DNA of 47,929 bases from an uncultured Methanosarcinales archaeon (GCA_964594395.1 CAZQLW010000002.1:1-47929), one strand, 5' to 3'. Counted from the stretch's first letter, positions 9,288 through 17,972 are shown. The notes: generated by a model not told the origin, from the letters alone. Translations and numbers: made by a program.

Positions 9288-10604
9288 TTATCTTCCAATT
9301 CCTTTACAAATTGTTGAATTGAATTTTTTTTGGTTTAAGTTACTTTTACAGTCAACAATTAATTTAATATTTTTTTCTTCAAAATGTTGAGGGGTTAAAT
9401 TTAATATTTCATCATGGTCAGTAGCAATAATCAAATGGTCAACATGTGTTAAAAATTCTTCTAGATTATCGAAGTCAGATTCACTTTTCACAAAAGGATC
9501 ATAAATTTTCACTTCTGCACCTAATTCTTTAATCAGTTGAATTATTTTTAATGAAGGACTTTCTCTAATATCATCGACATTTTTTTTGTATGCTAAACCA
9601 TAAACTCCAATTTTTGAAGTTTCAATTGGCATCGATAAATTGTTTAATTCTTTTTGTAAACGTTTAACCACATAAGCTGGCATGGAAAGGTTAATCTTTC
9701 TTGCTAGTTTCAAAAATTGATGATCAAAATTATTGGCTTTGGCTCTTTCAATTAAATAGTAAGGGTCTACTGGAATACAATGACCACCTACACCGGGACC
9801 AGGGTAGAAAGGCATAAATCCAAATGGTTTTGAAGAAGCCCCCTCAATTACTTCAATTAAATCAATTCCTAGAGAATTAAAACTTTTAGCCATTTCATTA
9901 ATAAATGCAATATTAACATCTCTGAACGTATTTTCTAATATTTTTACTGCTTCTGCAGATTTTAATGATTTTAAAAGTTTTATTTCTGCATTGATAAAAG
10001 TACTATAAAATCTTTTTGCTTGCAAAGCATTTTCTTCATTTAAAGCACTTAACACTCGAGAAATATTTTCTAGGACCCATTTTTTATTACCTGGGTCAAT
10101 TCTTTCTGGACAATAGGCCACTCCAAAATCAGTGCCCGCTTTTAATCCTGATTGTTCTAAAAGAGGAATTATAACCTCTTCTGTTGTTCCAGGATAAATA
10201 GTTGATTCAACAATAATTAATTGTCCTTTCTTTAAATTTTTAGCAACCAATTCAGTTGCACTTTTTAGAGGTATTAAATTAGGTTTATGATTTTCATCTA
10301 TCGGGGTTGGAACACAAATTAATATTATGTCTGATTGTGAAATAACTTCTGGATTATTTGTTGCTTTTATTGAATGGGTTGCAAAAACTTTATTGAGATA
10401 ATCGTCATTTAATGGGCAGATGTAATTATTAATTTTATTAATTTTATCTTCGTCAATATCATATCCAAAAACTTCAAAGTGTTTTGAACTTAAACAGGCC
10501 AAAGGTAGTCCCACGTAACCTAAACCAATTACGCATATTTTTTCATTTGTTCTTTCGTTAATTGTTCTGTTAATTATTTCATCCATTTTTTTGATACCAT
10601 TCAA
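9288..10604 (-). CDS. nucleotide-sugar dehydrogenase, UDP-ManNAc/UDP-GlcNAc dehydrogenase-like (WecC/Cap5O type)
   Basis: N-terminal ICVIGLGYVGLPLA NAD fold and catalytic GGHCIPVDP. Confidence 0.75.
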   Translation of the reverse strand: MNGIKKMDEIINRTINERTNEKICVIGLGYVGLPLACLSSKHFEVFGYDIDEDKINKINNYICPLNDDYLNKVFATHSIKATNNPEVISQSDIILICVPTPIDENHKPNLIPLKSATELVAKNLKKGQLIIVESTIYPGTTEEVIIPLLEQSGLKAGTDFGVAYCPERIDPGNKKWVLENISRVLSALNEENALQAKRFYSTFINAEIKLLKSLKSAEAVKILENTFRDVNIAFINEMAKSFNSLGIDLIEVIEGASSKPFGFMPFYPGPGVGGHCIPVDPYYLIERAKANNFDHQFLKLARKINLSMPAYVVKRLQKELNNLSMPIETSKIGVYGLAYKKNVDDIRESPSLKIIQLIKELGAEVKIYDPFVKSESDFDNLEEFLTHVDHLIIATDHDEILNLTPQHFEEKNIKLIVDCKSNLNQKKFNSTICKGIGR

Positions 10605-11526
10605 CCAATTTTTTAATTCCTTCTTCGATTTTGATTTTAGGTTTATAACTTAACATTCTTTCACTTTTATTAAGATCAGCAAAGGTAATTTCTACATCAC
10701 CTTGTTGTTTTTCAATATGTTTTTTAATGGCTTTTTTACCAACAGCATTTTCAATAACAGAAATGAAATAATTTAATTCTATGGGGTTAGAACCTCCCAG
10801 ATTAAATATTTCGTAATCAAAATCTTTGTCAAGAGCAGCTAAAACTCCATTTACAATATCACTGATAAAAGTGTAGTCTCTTTTAGAGTTTCCTGCACCA
10901 TAAACTTGAATTTCTTCACCATTACTAATCATTTTAGTAAATTTTAGAGGTGCCATGTCGGGTCTTCCGCGTGGACCATAAACTGTAAAAAAACGTAAAC
11001 AAGAACATTTTAATCCATAAAGATGATGGTAAGTGTAACACATTTCCTCGCCCGCTTTTTTAGTAGCGGCGTAAGGAGAAATTGGCCTGTTAACGTTATC
11101 TGTTTCTTTAAACGGACCCTTTTCACGATTTCCATAAACAGATGAACTTGATGCCGAGATAAAGTTTTTAATTTTAAATAATTTAGATAGTTCTAACAAA
11201 TTTAATAAGCCTTTAAAGTTAACTTTTTCATAAATGAATGGGTCTTTAATTGAAGGTCTTACGCCGGCTCGAGCAGCTAAATTAATTACTTTATCTGGTC
11301 TTTCTCCTGAAAAAATTTTTTCCATTTCAGAAAAATTGGTAATGTCTGCACGAAATAATTTAAATTTTGGATTAGTAAGGTTATGTTCTACATTTTCTTC
11401 TTTAACTTGAGGTTCATAATAATCGTTGAAATTGTCAATCGCAATTACTTCATCACCACGGGCAAGTAAACTATCACAAACATGACTGCCAACAAATCCT
11501 GCTGCTCCTGTAACTAAGATTTTCAT
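10579..11526 (-). CDS. NAD-dependent nucleotide-sugar epimerase (extended SDR, UDP-glucuronate 4-epimerase-like)
   Basis: ILVTGAAGFVGSH and YxxxK in YAATKKAGE. 315 aa. Confidence 0.75.
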   Translation of the reverse strand: MKILVTGAAGFVGSHVCDSLLARGDEVIAIDNFNDYYEPQVKEENVEHNLTNPKFKLFRADITNFSEMEKIFSGERPDKVINLAARAGVRPSIKDPFIYEKVNFKGLLNLLELSKLFKIKNFISASSSSVYGNREKGPFKETDNVNRPISPYAATKKAGEEMCYTYHHLYGLKCSCLRFFTVYGPRGRPDMAPLKFTKMISNGEEIQVYGAGNSKRDYTFISDIVNGVLAALDKDFDYEIFNLGGSNPIELNYFISVIENAVGKKAIKKHIEKQQGDVEITFADLNKSERMLSYKPKIKIEEGIKKLVEWYQKNG

Positions 11527-11544
11527 TTTTTTCTAACCTCTTAT

Positions 11545-12846
11545 TTATTTTCTTCCAACTCCATAATATTCAAAACCTTCTTCTCTAACTAATTCTGGTT
11601 CATATATATTTCTACCATCAAATAATATTTTATTTTTCATTCTTTTACCTAGTTCTGTAAAATTAATATTTCTGAACTCATCCCATTCAGTTGATAAGAT
11701 GATAATGTCACTATCTTCTACAGATTCTTCAACAGAATCACAATATATTATCTGTTGAGGATAGATTTCTTTGACATTGTTCATTGCAATCGGATCATAA
11801 ACTTTAATTTTAACATTTTTTTCAAGAAGTTTATTAATAAGTCTTAAGGAACTTGATTCTCTAACGTCATCAGTTTGAGGTTTAAAACTTAACCCCAGGA
11901 GACTAACTGTATTACCTTGGATTTCTTCCAACTTTTTTAATATCAAAGGAATAAAAATTTCTTTTTGTCTTTCATTTAATTGGTCAACTTCTCGTAAAAA
12001 TTTTGCATCATAACCATTCTCTTTAGCTGTATGGTATAACGCTCGAACATCTTTTGGGAAACAACTACCTCCGTAACCAATCCCAGGATTCAAAAATTTT
12101 GGACTGATTCTGTAATCTAAACCCATTGCCTGAGTAACTAGTTTAACGTCAGCACCAATTTTGTCACAAATGTTAGCGATTTCGTTAATAAAACATATTT
12201 TTGTCGCTAAAAAAGAGTTGTTGCCATACTTAATAAGCTCAGCAGTTTCCCAATCGGTTTCTAAAAAGGGAATATATGTTCTAACTCTTCCCGTATAAAT
12301 TTTTCTAAGGATGCTGTAAGCTTTTCCATTTTGTGCACCAACAACAATTTTGTCAGGGTGAGTAAAATCATAAATTGCACTCCCCTCTTTAAGAAATTCA
12401 GGATTAGAAACCATCTCAACTTCAGAATTCGGGTTAGTGATTTTAATTATATCTTGACATTTCCTGGCAGTTTTTGCAGGGACTGTACTTTTATTAATTA
12501 ATAGTTTGTATCCTTGCGCAAATTTACCTACTGTTTCAGCAACACTAAATACATAACTTAAATCTGCTGAACCATCATCTTGGCTAGGAGTACCAACACA
12601 ATTAAAAATTGCTTCCGCAGATTTAATTGCTTCTTCAGCATTTATAGTGAAGTTAAGTCTTCCTTTTTCTTTATTTTTTGCTACCAGTTCTTTTAGTCCC
12701 GGTTCATAAAAAGGAATTTCTCCCTTGTTTAATAATTCAATCTTTTTTTGATCAATATCAACACAAGTTATTTTGTGTCCAAGATTAGCTAGACATGCTC
12801 CAGTAACTAGACCTACATACCCTGTCCCAAAAATACTAATATTCAT
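11545..12846 (-). CDS. ugd: UDP-glucose 6-dehydrogenase
   Basis: ISIFGTGYVGLVTGACLA, GGSCFPKD catalytic Cys and a C-terminal UDP-binding domain. Confidence 0.8.
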   Translation of the reverse strand: MNISIFGTGYVGLVTGACLANLGHKITCVDIDQKKIELLNKGEIPFYEPGLKELVAKNKEKGRLNFTINAEEAIKSAEAIFNCVGTPSQDDGSADLSYVFSVAETVGKFAQGYKLLINKSTVPAKTARKCQDIIKITNPNSEVEMVSNPEFLKEGSAIYDFTHPDKIVVGAQNGKAYSILRKIYTGRVRTYIPFLETDWETAELIKYGNNSFLATKICFINEIANICDKIGADVKLVTQAMGLDYRISPKFLNPGIGYGGSCFPKDVRALYHTAKENGYDAKFLREVDQLNERQKEIFIPLILKKLEEIQGNTVSLLGLSFKPQTDDVRESSSLRLINKLLEKNVKIKVYDPIAMNNVKEIYPQQIIYCDSVEESVEDSDIIILSTEWDEFRNINFTELGKRMKNKILFDGRNIYEPELVREEGFEYYGVGRK

Positions 12847-13579
12847 TTTTGTAAACCTCTTCAGCTTCTTTTAATGATTCAAAACTGCCAATGTCGTACC
12901 AATGTTCATCGAAAACGAAACCATGAATTTCTGATTCTTTTACTAAGTGTTTAACTAAATCACCGGGATTGTCAGCTTTTCCTTGTTCAATGGATTTTTC
13001 TACATGTTTTAAGTCTTCTTTAGTAAATAAATAGCAAGCAGTAGCTGCTAGGCTACTTTTAGGCACTAACGGTTTTTCTTCAAAATCGACGATTTTGCTT
13101 GCTTCTAGGATGCCAACACCAAATTTGCCTTTTACTTTATCAATATCTTTTAAATCACGGAAAGCAACAATTGACTTATTATTATTTTGATATTGGTTGA
13201 TTAATTTATTTAATTCAAACCCAAAGAGATTATCTCCCGCAATAACCAGAAGGTCACTTCTAATTTCTTCCTCTTTCAAAACAAAATTAATGTCTCCTAC
13301 TGCCCCTAGTCGATCATCATTACTAATTGTTCCATCATTAATTATTTTTATTTTTTTTGGGAAAGCATAATCGTTAAGCCAAACCCTGAAATGGTCATAA
13401 AAACGAGCATTAGTAACAACAAATACTTCTTCCACTTCGTTTACAGCTTCAATTTTTTCCAGGATATGTTCAATAATGGGTTTATTTCCTACTTTCAACA
13501 ATGGTTTTGGCTGATTTAAAGTCAATGGGTAAAGTCTGGTAGCATACCCCGCAGCTAATATTAATACTTTTATTTTAAT
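12836..13579 (-). CDS. sugar-phosphate nucleotidyltransferase (start extended upstream to a non-canonical ATT/ATA codon)
   Basis: The tracked ORF starts at TTG 13525. The same frame stays open for 18 more codons (I-K-I-K-VLILAAGYATRLYPL) up to a TGA. That stretch contains the LAxGxGTRLxPLT nucleotide-binding signature of this family. GAGGTGA lies just upstream. Confidence 0.6.
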   Translation of the reverse strand: MKIKVLILAAGYATRLYPLTLNQPKPLLKVGNKPIIEHILEKIEAVNEVEEVFVVTNARFYDHFRVWLNDYAFPKKIKIINDGTISNDDRLGAVGDINFVLKEEEIRSDLLVIAGDNLFGFELNKLINQYQNNNKSIVAFRDLKDIDKVKGKFGVGILEASKIVDFEEKPLVPKSSLAATACYLFTKEDLKHVEKSIEQGKADNPGDLVKHLVKESEIHGFVFDEHWYDIGSFESLKEAEEVYKNEY

Positions 13580-13663
13580 TCACCTCTAAGTTTTATTTAA
13601 TAAATGATAAGAAATTTGTTTAAAAGTGTTATGGAACAGTTATTTCGCCAACTGGGAGCGAGG

Positions 13664-13732
13664 TGCCACATGCGCTCGTTATACTCGCTTAGTGCCATGA
13701 AAAACATTAGAAAAATAAGGTGGACTGCTTAC
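13664..13732 (-). repeat. copy A of a 69-nt direct repeat (5S rRNA 3'-end remnant plus T-rich trailer)
   Basis: 68/69 identical to 13758-13826, with a single mismatch at 13726 versus 13820. The period is 94 nt. Confidence 0.9.
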
Positions 13733-13757
13733 AAATGGAAATCCATTTGATAAATTA

Positions 13758-13826
13758 TGCCACATGCGCTCGTTATACTCGCTTAGTGCCATGAAAAACA
13801 TTAGAAAAATAAGGTGGACAGCTTAC
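13758..13826 (-). repeat. copy B of the 69-nt direct repeat; overlaps the last 11 nt of the 5S rRNA
   Basis: tgccacatgcgctcgttatactcgcttagtgccatgaaaaacattagaaaaataaggtggacWgcttac occurs twice. Confidence 0.9.
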
Positions 13827-13923
13827 TGGATTTCCCGCGTAACGCAGTACAGTCCAATACGGAAGCGCATTTAACTTCTGTGTTCGAAATGGGAACAGGT
13901 GAACCACGCCCCTATGGCCGTCC
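13816..13923 (-). rRNA. rrf: 5S ribosomal RNA
   Basis: The reverse complement reads GGACGGCCATAGGGGCGTGGTTCACCTGTTCCCATTTCGAACACAGAAGTTAAATGCGCTTCCGTATTGGACTGTACTGCGTTACGCGGGAAATCCAGTAAGCTGTCC. Helix I closes as GGACGGC/GCTGTCC. The CCCATTTCGAACACAGAAGTTAA and GTACTG boxes are classic 5S. Local GC is far above background. End points are accurate to about +/-3 nt. Confidence 0.9.
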
Positions 13924-13945
13924 GTTAAGTCCAGATGAAGCTCTA

Positions 13946-13953
13946 TTTATAAA
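13946..13953 (-). promoter_or_regulatory. TATA box (palindromic TTTATAAA) for the 5S rRNA
   Basis: 22 nt upstream of the predicted mature 5' end (13923). This is the same spacing as box-to-ATG in leaderless mRNAs here. Confidence 0.5.
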
Positions 13954-14041
13954 AGTTACGCTTATTTCGGATGTAGCCGCTTATTTCTTGATTAATCTTC
14001 CACAAACGTTTAAAAGTTATCTCAATTCACTTAAACAAAAG

Positions 14042-14812
14042 ATGGTAAATATTAATTTTAATGAAAAGAAAGTTATCATTGCTGATGTTGATGAAACTAT
14101 CTGTGAAACTACTCAATTGGTAACACTGGAAATGGCTGAAATGATTGATTCTTTAATCATTCAAGGGTTTGTTTTTGTTTTTATTTCGGGTACTAAAGAA
14201 AAGTACTTGACAGAAATGCTTTCCAACCAATTAAAACAAAAACATTACCTCCTTCCTTGTACAGGGATGCAATGTATTGAAGTTCTTAGTAGAACATCTA
14301 ATGAAGAAGAATTAATTAAAAATATGGTTTATAAAAATCAACTTTCTTTTGAAGAAAGGAAGGAAATTATGGATGCTTTGGAAATATTGGTTGGGCATTT
14401 TAATATTGTTTCTTTAACAACTAAAGAGGATCAAATTCAGGATCGGGAAAGTCAAATTACTTTATCTCCTATTGGAAGATCTGCCCCTATAGAATTGAAA
14501 AAAGTTTTAGACCCAGAAGGAGAAAAAAGAAAAATGTGGGTGACTTTCTTAAAAACCTTATTGGATTTTGAGAAATATGATGTTAACATTGCTGGAACAA
14601 CTTCAATAGATATTACGCGGAAAGGTCAAGATAAAGCTTGGGGGATAAAAGAGTTCTGTAAGCAATATAATTTTAATCTTTCTGAAGTTTTCTTCATTGG
14701 TGATAAAACACAACCGGGAGGAAATGATTATCCTGCTACTAAGATTGTAGATTTTGTTACTGTTAAAAATCCTCAAGATACGTTAAGAAAATTGAAAGAA
14801 ATATTTACTTGA
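14042..14812 (+). CDS. eukaryote-type phosphomannomutase (HAD-IIB, PMM/Sec53 family); start revised from 13814
   Basis: DVDET (DxDxT) nucleophile motif. ITLSPIGRSAP matches NVSPIGRS of PMM. SIDITRKGQDKAWG matches SFDVFPxGWDK. FFIGDKTQPGGNDYP matches FFGDKTxPGGNDxE. The tracked N-terminal 76 codons are antisense to the 5S rRNA. A TTTAAAAG box at 14009-14016 lies 25 nt upstream of ATG 14042. Confidence 0.8.
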   Translation: MVNINFNEKKVIIADVDETICETTQLVTLEMAEMIDSLIIQGFVFVFISGTKEKYLTEMLSNQLKQKHYLLPCTGMQCIEVLSRTSNEEELIKNMVYKNQLSFEERKEIMDALEILVGHFNIVSLTTKEDQIQDRESQITLSPIGRSAPIELKKVLDPEGEKRKMWVTFLKTLLDFEKYDVNIAGTTSIDITRKGQDKAWGIKEFCKQYNFNLSEVFFIGDKTQPGGNDYPATKIVDFVTVKNPQDTLRKLKEIFT

Positions 14813-15179
14813 AAAAATAATTGGGAAACATTCCCAGATTATTTGCTCTTTTCACTGTCCCTAATGTTCTCCATTTATCAACTAATTCTGCTTTATTACG
14901 AGATTTTTTTCTCATAGTAAAATCATTAAAAGATATGTTAAGATACAATTCTGCAGGTAGATTATTAGGCATGCACATTCCATTCAAAGAAGTATAATCT
15001 CTAGCTAAATCTAATGCTTTTCCCAACAAAACTTCATCCCCTAATTGAGATGCTTTTACAGCAAAAGATAAAGCATGATAACCGATAGTGTCTCGATGAG
15101 ATTTTATATTATCATGCAAAATTGAAGTTTCGTATTTTTTAGTCATATTTTCAAGTTTACGATCAATTGAATTTTCCAT
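14805..15179 (-). CDS. hypothetical protein
   Basis: 124-aa ORF. A TTTATAAA box lies exactly 22 nt upstream of its ATG. Tail-to-tail 8-nt overlap with the PMM gene. Confidence 0.45.
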   Translation of the reverse strand: MENSIDRKLENMTKKYETSILHDNIKSHRDTIGYHALSFAVKASQLGDEVLLGKALDLARDYTSLNGMCMPNNLPAELYLNISFNDFTMRKKSRNKAELVDKWRTLGTVKRANNLGMFPNYFFK

Positions 15180-15201
15180 TTTACTTCCTCGAGAGTAGTC
15201 A

Positions 15202-15209
15202 TTTATAAA
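15202..15209 (-). promoter_or_regulatory. TATA box (TTTATAAA) serving the minus-strand 124-aa gene
   Basis: 22 nt to ATG 15179. It is only 5 nt from the tracked GTG 15214 of map, which argues against that start. Confidence 0.45.
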
Positions 15210-15223
15210 TCTTGTGACAAAAC

Positions 15224-15231
15224 ATTTAAAA
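15224..15231 (+). promoter_or_regulatory. TATA-like box (ATTTAAAA) for map
   Basis: 24 nt upstream of ATG 15256. Confidence 0.35.
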
Positions 15232-15255
15232 CAAACAACAATTATTAAAGAAACT

Positions 15256-16152
15256 ATGGATGAAGAAACATTACAAAAATATATTGACGCAGGAAAAATT
15301 GCTTCGGAAGCGTTACATTATGGAAAATCTTTAATTGTTAAAGGGGCAAAAGTAATCGAGATACTTGATAAAGTGGAAGAAAAAATTGCCGAGTTAGGTG
15401 GTAAATTGGCTTTTCCTGCCCAGATATCATTAAACGAATTTGCGGCTCATTCTTGTTCAGATTTAAATGATGAAACTGTTTTATCTGAAGAAGTTGTGAA
15501 GTTAGATGTGGGAGTACATCTTGATGGATTTATTGCCGATAATGCTCTTACTGTTGATTTGTCTGGAAAATATTCTGATTTAATTAAAGCCAGTAGAGAG
15601 GCATTGAATAATGCGCTTAAAGTAATCAAACCGGGAGTAACTTTAAGTGAGATCGGCAAAGTAATCCATGAAACAATTACATCTTATGGTTTTGCTCCCA
15701 TCAAAAACCTTTCTGGTCATGGATTGGGAAAATATCAAATTCATACTAAACCTAGTGTTCCCAATTTTGATAATGGTAATGATAATGTTTTAAATGAGGG
15801 CGATGTAATTGCGATTGAACCTTTCGCTTCAACAGGAGCGGGAATTGTTGAAGAAAGTTCACCCCCAACATTGTTTACTTTAATTGGTGAACCTAGTGTC
15901 AGAGATCCGATTACTCGGACAGTTTTACGAGAAATTGAAACTTATAATCATCTTCCTTTTACCAAACGTTGGTTAGAAAAGAAGTTTGGTGTTCCGAAAA
16001 CTAATTTTGCTTTACGGGTTTTAAAACGGACAGGACATTTGCATGAACATCCACCATTATTTGATAAAAATAGAGGGATGGTAAGCCAGGCTGAACATAC
16101 AGTAATTGTTATGGAAGAACCGATTATAACAACATGGTATGAAGATAATTAA
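15256..16152 (+). CDS. map: type 2 (archaeal/eukaryotic) methionine aminopeptidase; start revised from GTG 15214
   Basis: MDEETLQKYIDAGKIA..., KLDVGVHLDGFIADNA, IEPF and the insertion domain typical of MetAP2. About 298 aa, the usual archaeal length. Confidence 0.88.
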   Translation: MDEETLQKYIDAGKIASEALHYGKSLIVKGAKVIEILDKVEEKIAELGGKLAFPAQISLNEFAAHSCSDLNDETVLSEEVVKLDVGVHLDGFIADNALTVDLSGKYSDLIKASREALNNALKVIKPGVTLSEIGKVIHETITSYGFAPIKNLSGHGLGKYQIHTKPSVPNFDNGNDNVLNEGDVIAIEPFASTGAGIVEESSPPTLFTLIGEPSVRDPITRTVLREIETYNHLPFTKRWLEKKFGVPKTNFALRVLKRTGHLHEHPPLFDKNRGMVSQAEHTVIVMEEPIITTWYEDN

Positions 16153-16163
16153 TCCATATTATT

Positions 16164-16415
16164 TTAATCGTTAAGAATTTTAATTTTTGCTTTTTTAAGT
16201 TTCTTTTCTAATTCAGAACCGCCTTCTTTTAAACAGTGTGGGTCTATTAGAATTCTTGTTTTTTTACCACCATAAGTTTTAAGAATATAATTTCTTGCTT
16301 CTTCTAAAATTGGAAATGTTTCAGAATTTTTTGGTTCATAAATCAAATTGCCACGATTATTAACCACATAATCATGAAGCAATTCCCGATATAATAAAGC
16401 AACTTTTTTAGGCAT
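16164..16415 (-). CDS. hypothetical protein
   Basis: 83-aa ORF with no recognisable motif. Confidence 0.35.
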   Translation of the reverse strand: MPKKVALLYRELLHDYVVNNRGNLIYEPKNSETFPILEEARNYILKTYGGKKTRILIDPHCLKEGGSELEKKLKKAKIKILND

Positions 16416-16466
16416 GTTTAAAATGGATTAAAGAGTTGCTTAATAAGTATTTGTTTACTAAAATAG

Positions 16467-16643
16467 TTATTTAAGAATTTCTTTAAGTTTTGGTAAGCCT
16501 TTGTAAACAAATAAAGCGCCAAGAGCAATTACTCCCCAGAAAACCATCCAATTAATCCAGCCAATACCAAAAACTACCAAATTAAGAATTAAAATGATTA
16601 AAACAAAATATCCGATAATTTTTAATTTTTGTTTTTTATTCAT
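16467..16643 (-). CDS. 58-aa two-TM membrane microprotein, translationally coupled to hisS (not in the ORF track)
   Basis: Hand translation gives MNKKQKLKIIGYFVLIILILNLVVFGIGWINWMVFWGVIALGALFVYKGLPKLKEILK*. Its ATG (16643-16641) overlaps the hisS TGA (16642-16640) as ATGA. Confidence 0.45.
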   Translation of the reverse strand: MNKKQKLKIIGYFVLIILILNLVVFGIGWINWMVFWGVIALGALFVYKGLPKLKEILK

Positions 16644-17920
16644 TTTTCTTTTAATTTCTTGATAGCGCTTTTCAAAGCAAGCAGTTTCTGATCTCCAGTA
16701 ACCATATCTCTTAAAAGAACTTTATTTTTCTTAAGTTCGTCATCGCCGATGATGATTGCATAAGGAATGCCTAAAGCGTTTGCATATTGTAAATTCTTAC
16801 TCATCCCTCTGCCATTAAGATCGAAACTAGCATTGATATTTTCGTTTCTCAACTGTTCAACAATTTGCAGCGATTCTTTTTGTGTACCAATAGGAATTAC
16901 TAAAACTTTAGCTAGAGTTCTTTTTGTTAATTTTTCTTTTTCTTTAATTGATTCAATTATAGGAACAATTCCAAAGGAACCGCCAACAGCTGGAACAATT
17001 CTATTACCTCCCATAAAGTCGCCGATCATTTTATCCCAGCGACCACCAGCTGCTAATGAGGAAGTAATTTTACCTTTTTTTAAGAAAGCTTCAAAAATAG
17101 TTCCAGTGTAATAAGCCAAACCTCTGGCTAGAGAAACATCAAACTTAACTGATTTAATTCCCATCGTTCTTAAGTAAGAAAATACTTCTTCTAATTCATT
17201 AATTCCTTCTTTACCTTCTTCAGAAGTTATTTGTTTTTTCAGTTTTGCTAAAGAAATGTTTTCTTGGATTAATTCGAAAACATCATTAATTTGTTTTTTT
17301 TTGAATTTTTTTTGTAATAGTTCTTCAGTAACTCCTTTTACACCAATTTTAGCTAACTTATCGATAGATGTAATAGCAGTTTCTTTATCTTCTATTTTTG
17401 CTTGTTCCAAAATTCCGTTTAGCAATTTTCGATTGTTAACTTTGATAATGGTATCCAATTTAAGTTTATTAAAACCTGTCTCAATTGCGGCCAAGATTTC
17501 AGCATCAGCAAGCATAGATTTTGATCCAATTGTATCAACATCACACTGCCAGAATTGTCTTACTCGACCGGCTTTAATTGGCCCATCTCGAAAAACAACT
17601 CCTATTTCATAACGTTTGAATGGCATTTTTAGTGTTGGATTCATGGCAATATATCTAGCTAAAGGGACAGTTAAATCAAATCTTAATCCTAAATTTCTTT
17701 TACCTTGATCTTTTAATGTGAAAGTTTCTTTCATAATATCTGAACTTTCTCCCGCAGCAAATTTAGCAGCAAGAGTTTCGTATCTCTCGATAACTGGTGT
17801 TTCCAAAGGTGCAAAACCGTATAATTCGAAGACACTTTTTAGAAAAGTAATAACTTTATTCTTAATTATCTTCTCTTCTGGTGGGGAGTCTTGCACTCCT
17901 CTAGCGGTCATTAGTTTCAT
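16640..17920 (-). CDS. hisS: histidine--tRNA ligase
   Basis: Class II motifs: FKRYEIGVVFRDGPIKAGRVRQFWQCDVD (motif 2), GGRWD and LARGLAYYTG (motif 3). C-terminal anticodon-binding domain. Confidence 0.92.
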   Translation of the reverse strand: MKLMTARGVQDSPPEEKIIKNKVITFLKSVFELYGFAPLETPVIERYETLAAKFAAGESSDIMKETFTLKDQGKRNLGLRFDLTVPLARYIAMNPTLKMPFKRYEIGVVFRDGPIKAGRVRQFWQCDVDTIGSKSMLADAEILAAIETGFNKLKLDTIIKVNNRKLLNGILEQAKIEDKETAITSIDKLAKIGVKGVTEELLQKKFKKKQINDVFELIQENISLAKLKKQITSEEGKEGINELEEVFSYLRTMGIKSVKFDVSLARGLAYYTGTIFEAFLKKGKITSSLAAGGRWDKMIGDFMGGNRIVPAVGGSFGIVPIIESIKEKEKLTKRTLAKVLVIPIGTQKESLQIVEQLRNENINASFDLNGRGMSKNLQYANALGIPYAIIIGDDELKKNKVLLRDMVTGDQKLLALKSAIKKLKEK

Positions 17921-17972
17921 TTTAGATACCTCTGACTAATACTTTTTTCTTTATATATGTTTTTATAGAAAG

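Noticed and set aside
13814-14041. N-terminal 76 codons of the tracked ORF 13814-14812
   Set aside because: It is antisense to a clear 5S rRNA and its promoter. It is GC-rich, unlike the rest of the gene, and starts with GTG. The conserved PMM sequence begins at ATG 14042.
15214-15255. GTG start of the MetAP ORF
   Set aside because: It lies only 5 nt after a TATA box that is correctly spaced for the divergent gene. ATG 15256 gives the usual archaeal MetAP length and has its own box 24 nt upstream.
16767-17939. Three plus-strand ORFs (16767-17111, 17256-17612, 17718-17939)
   Set aside because: They are antisense to the well-supported hisS gene. Their Ser/Phe/Ile-rich composition is typical of the shadow frames of AT-rich genes.
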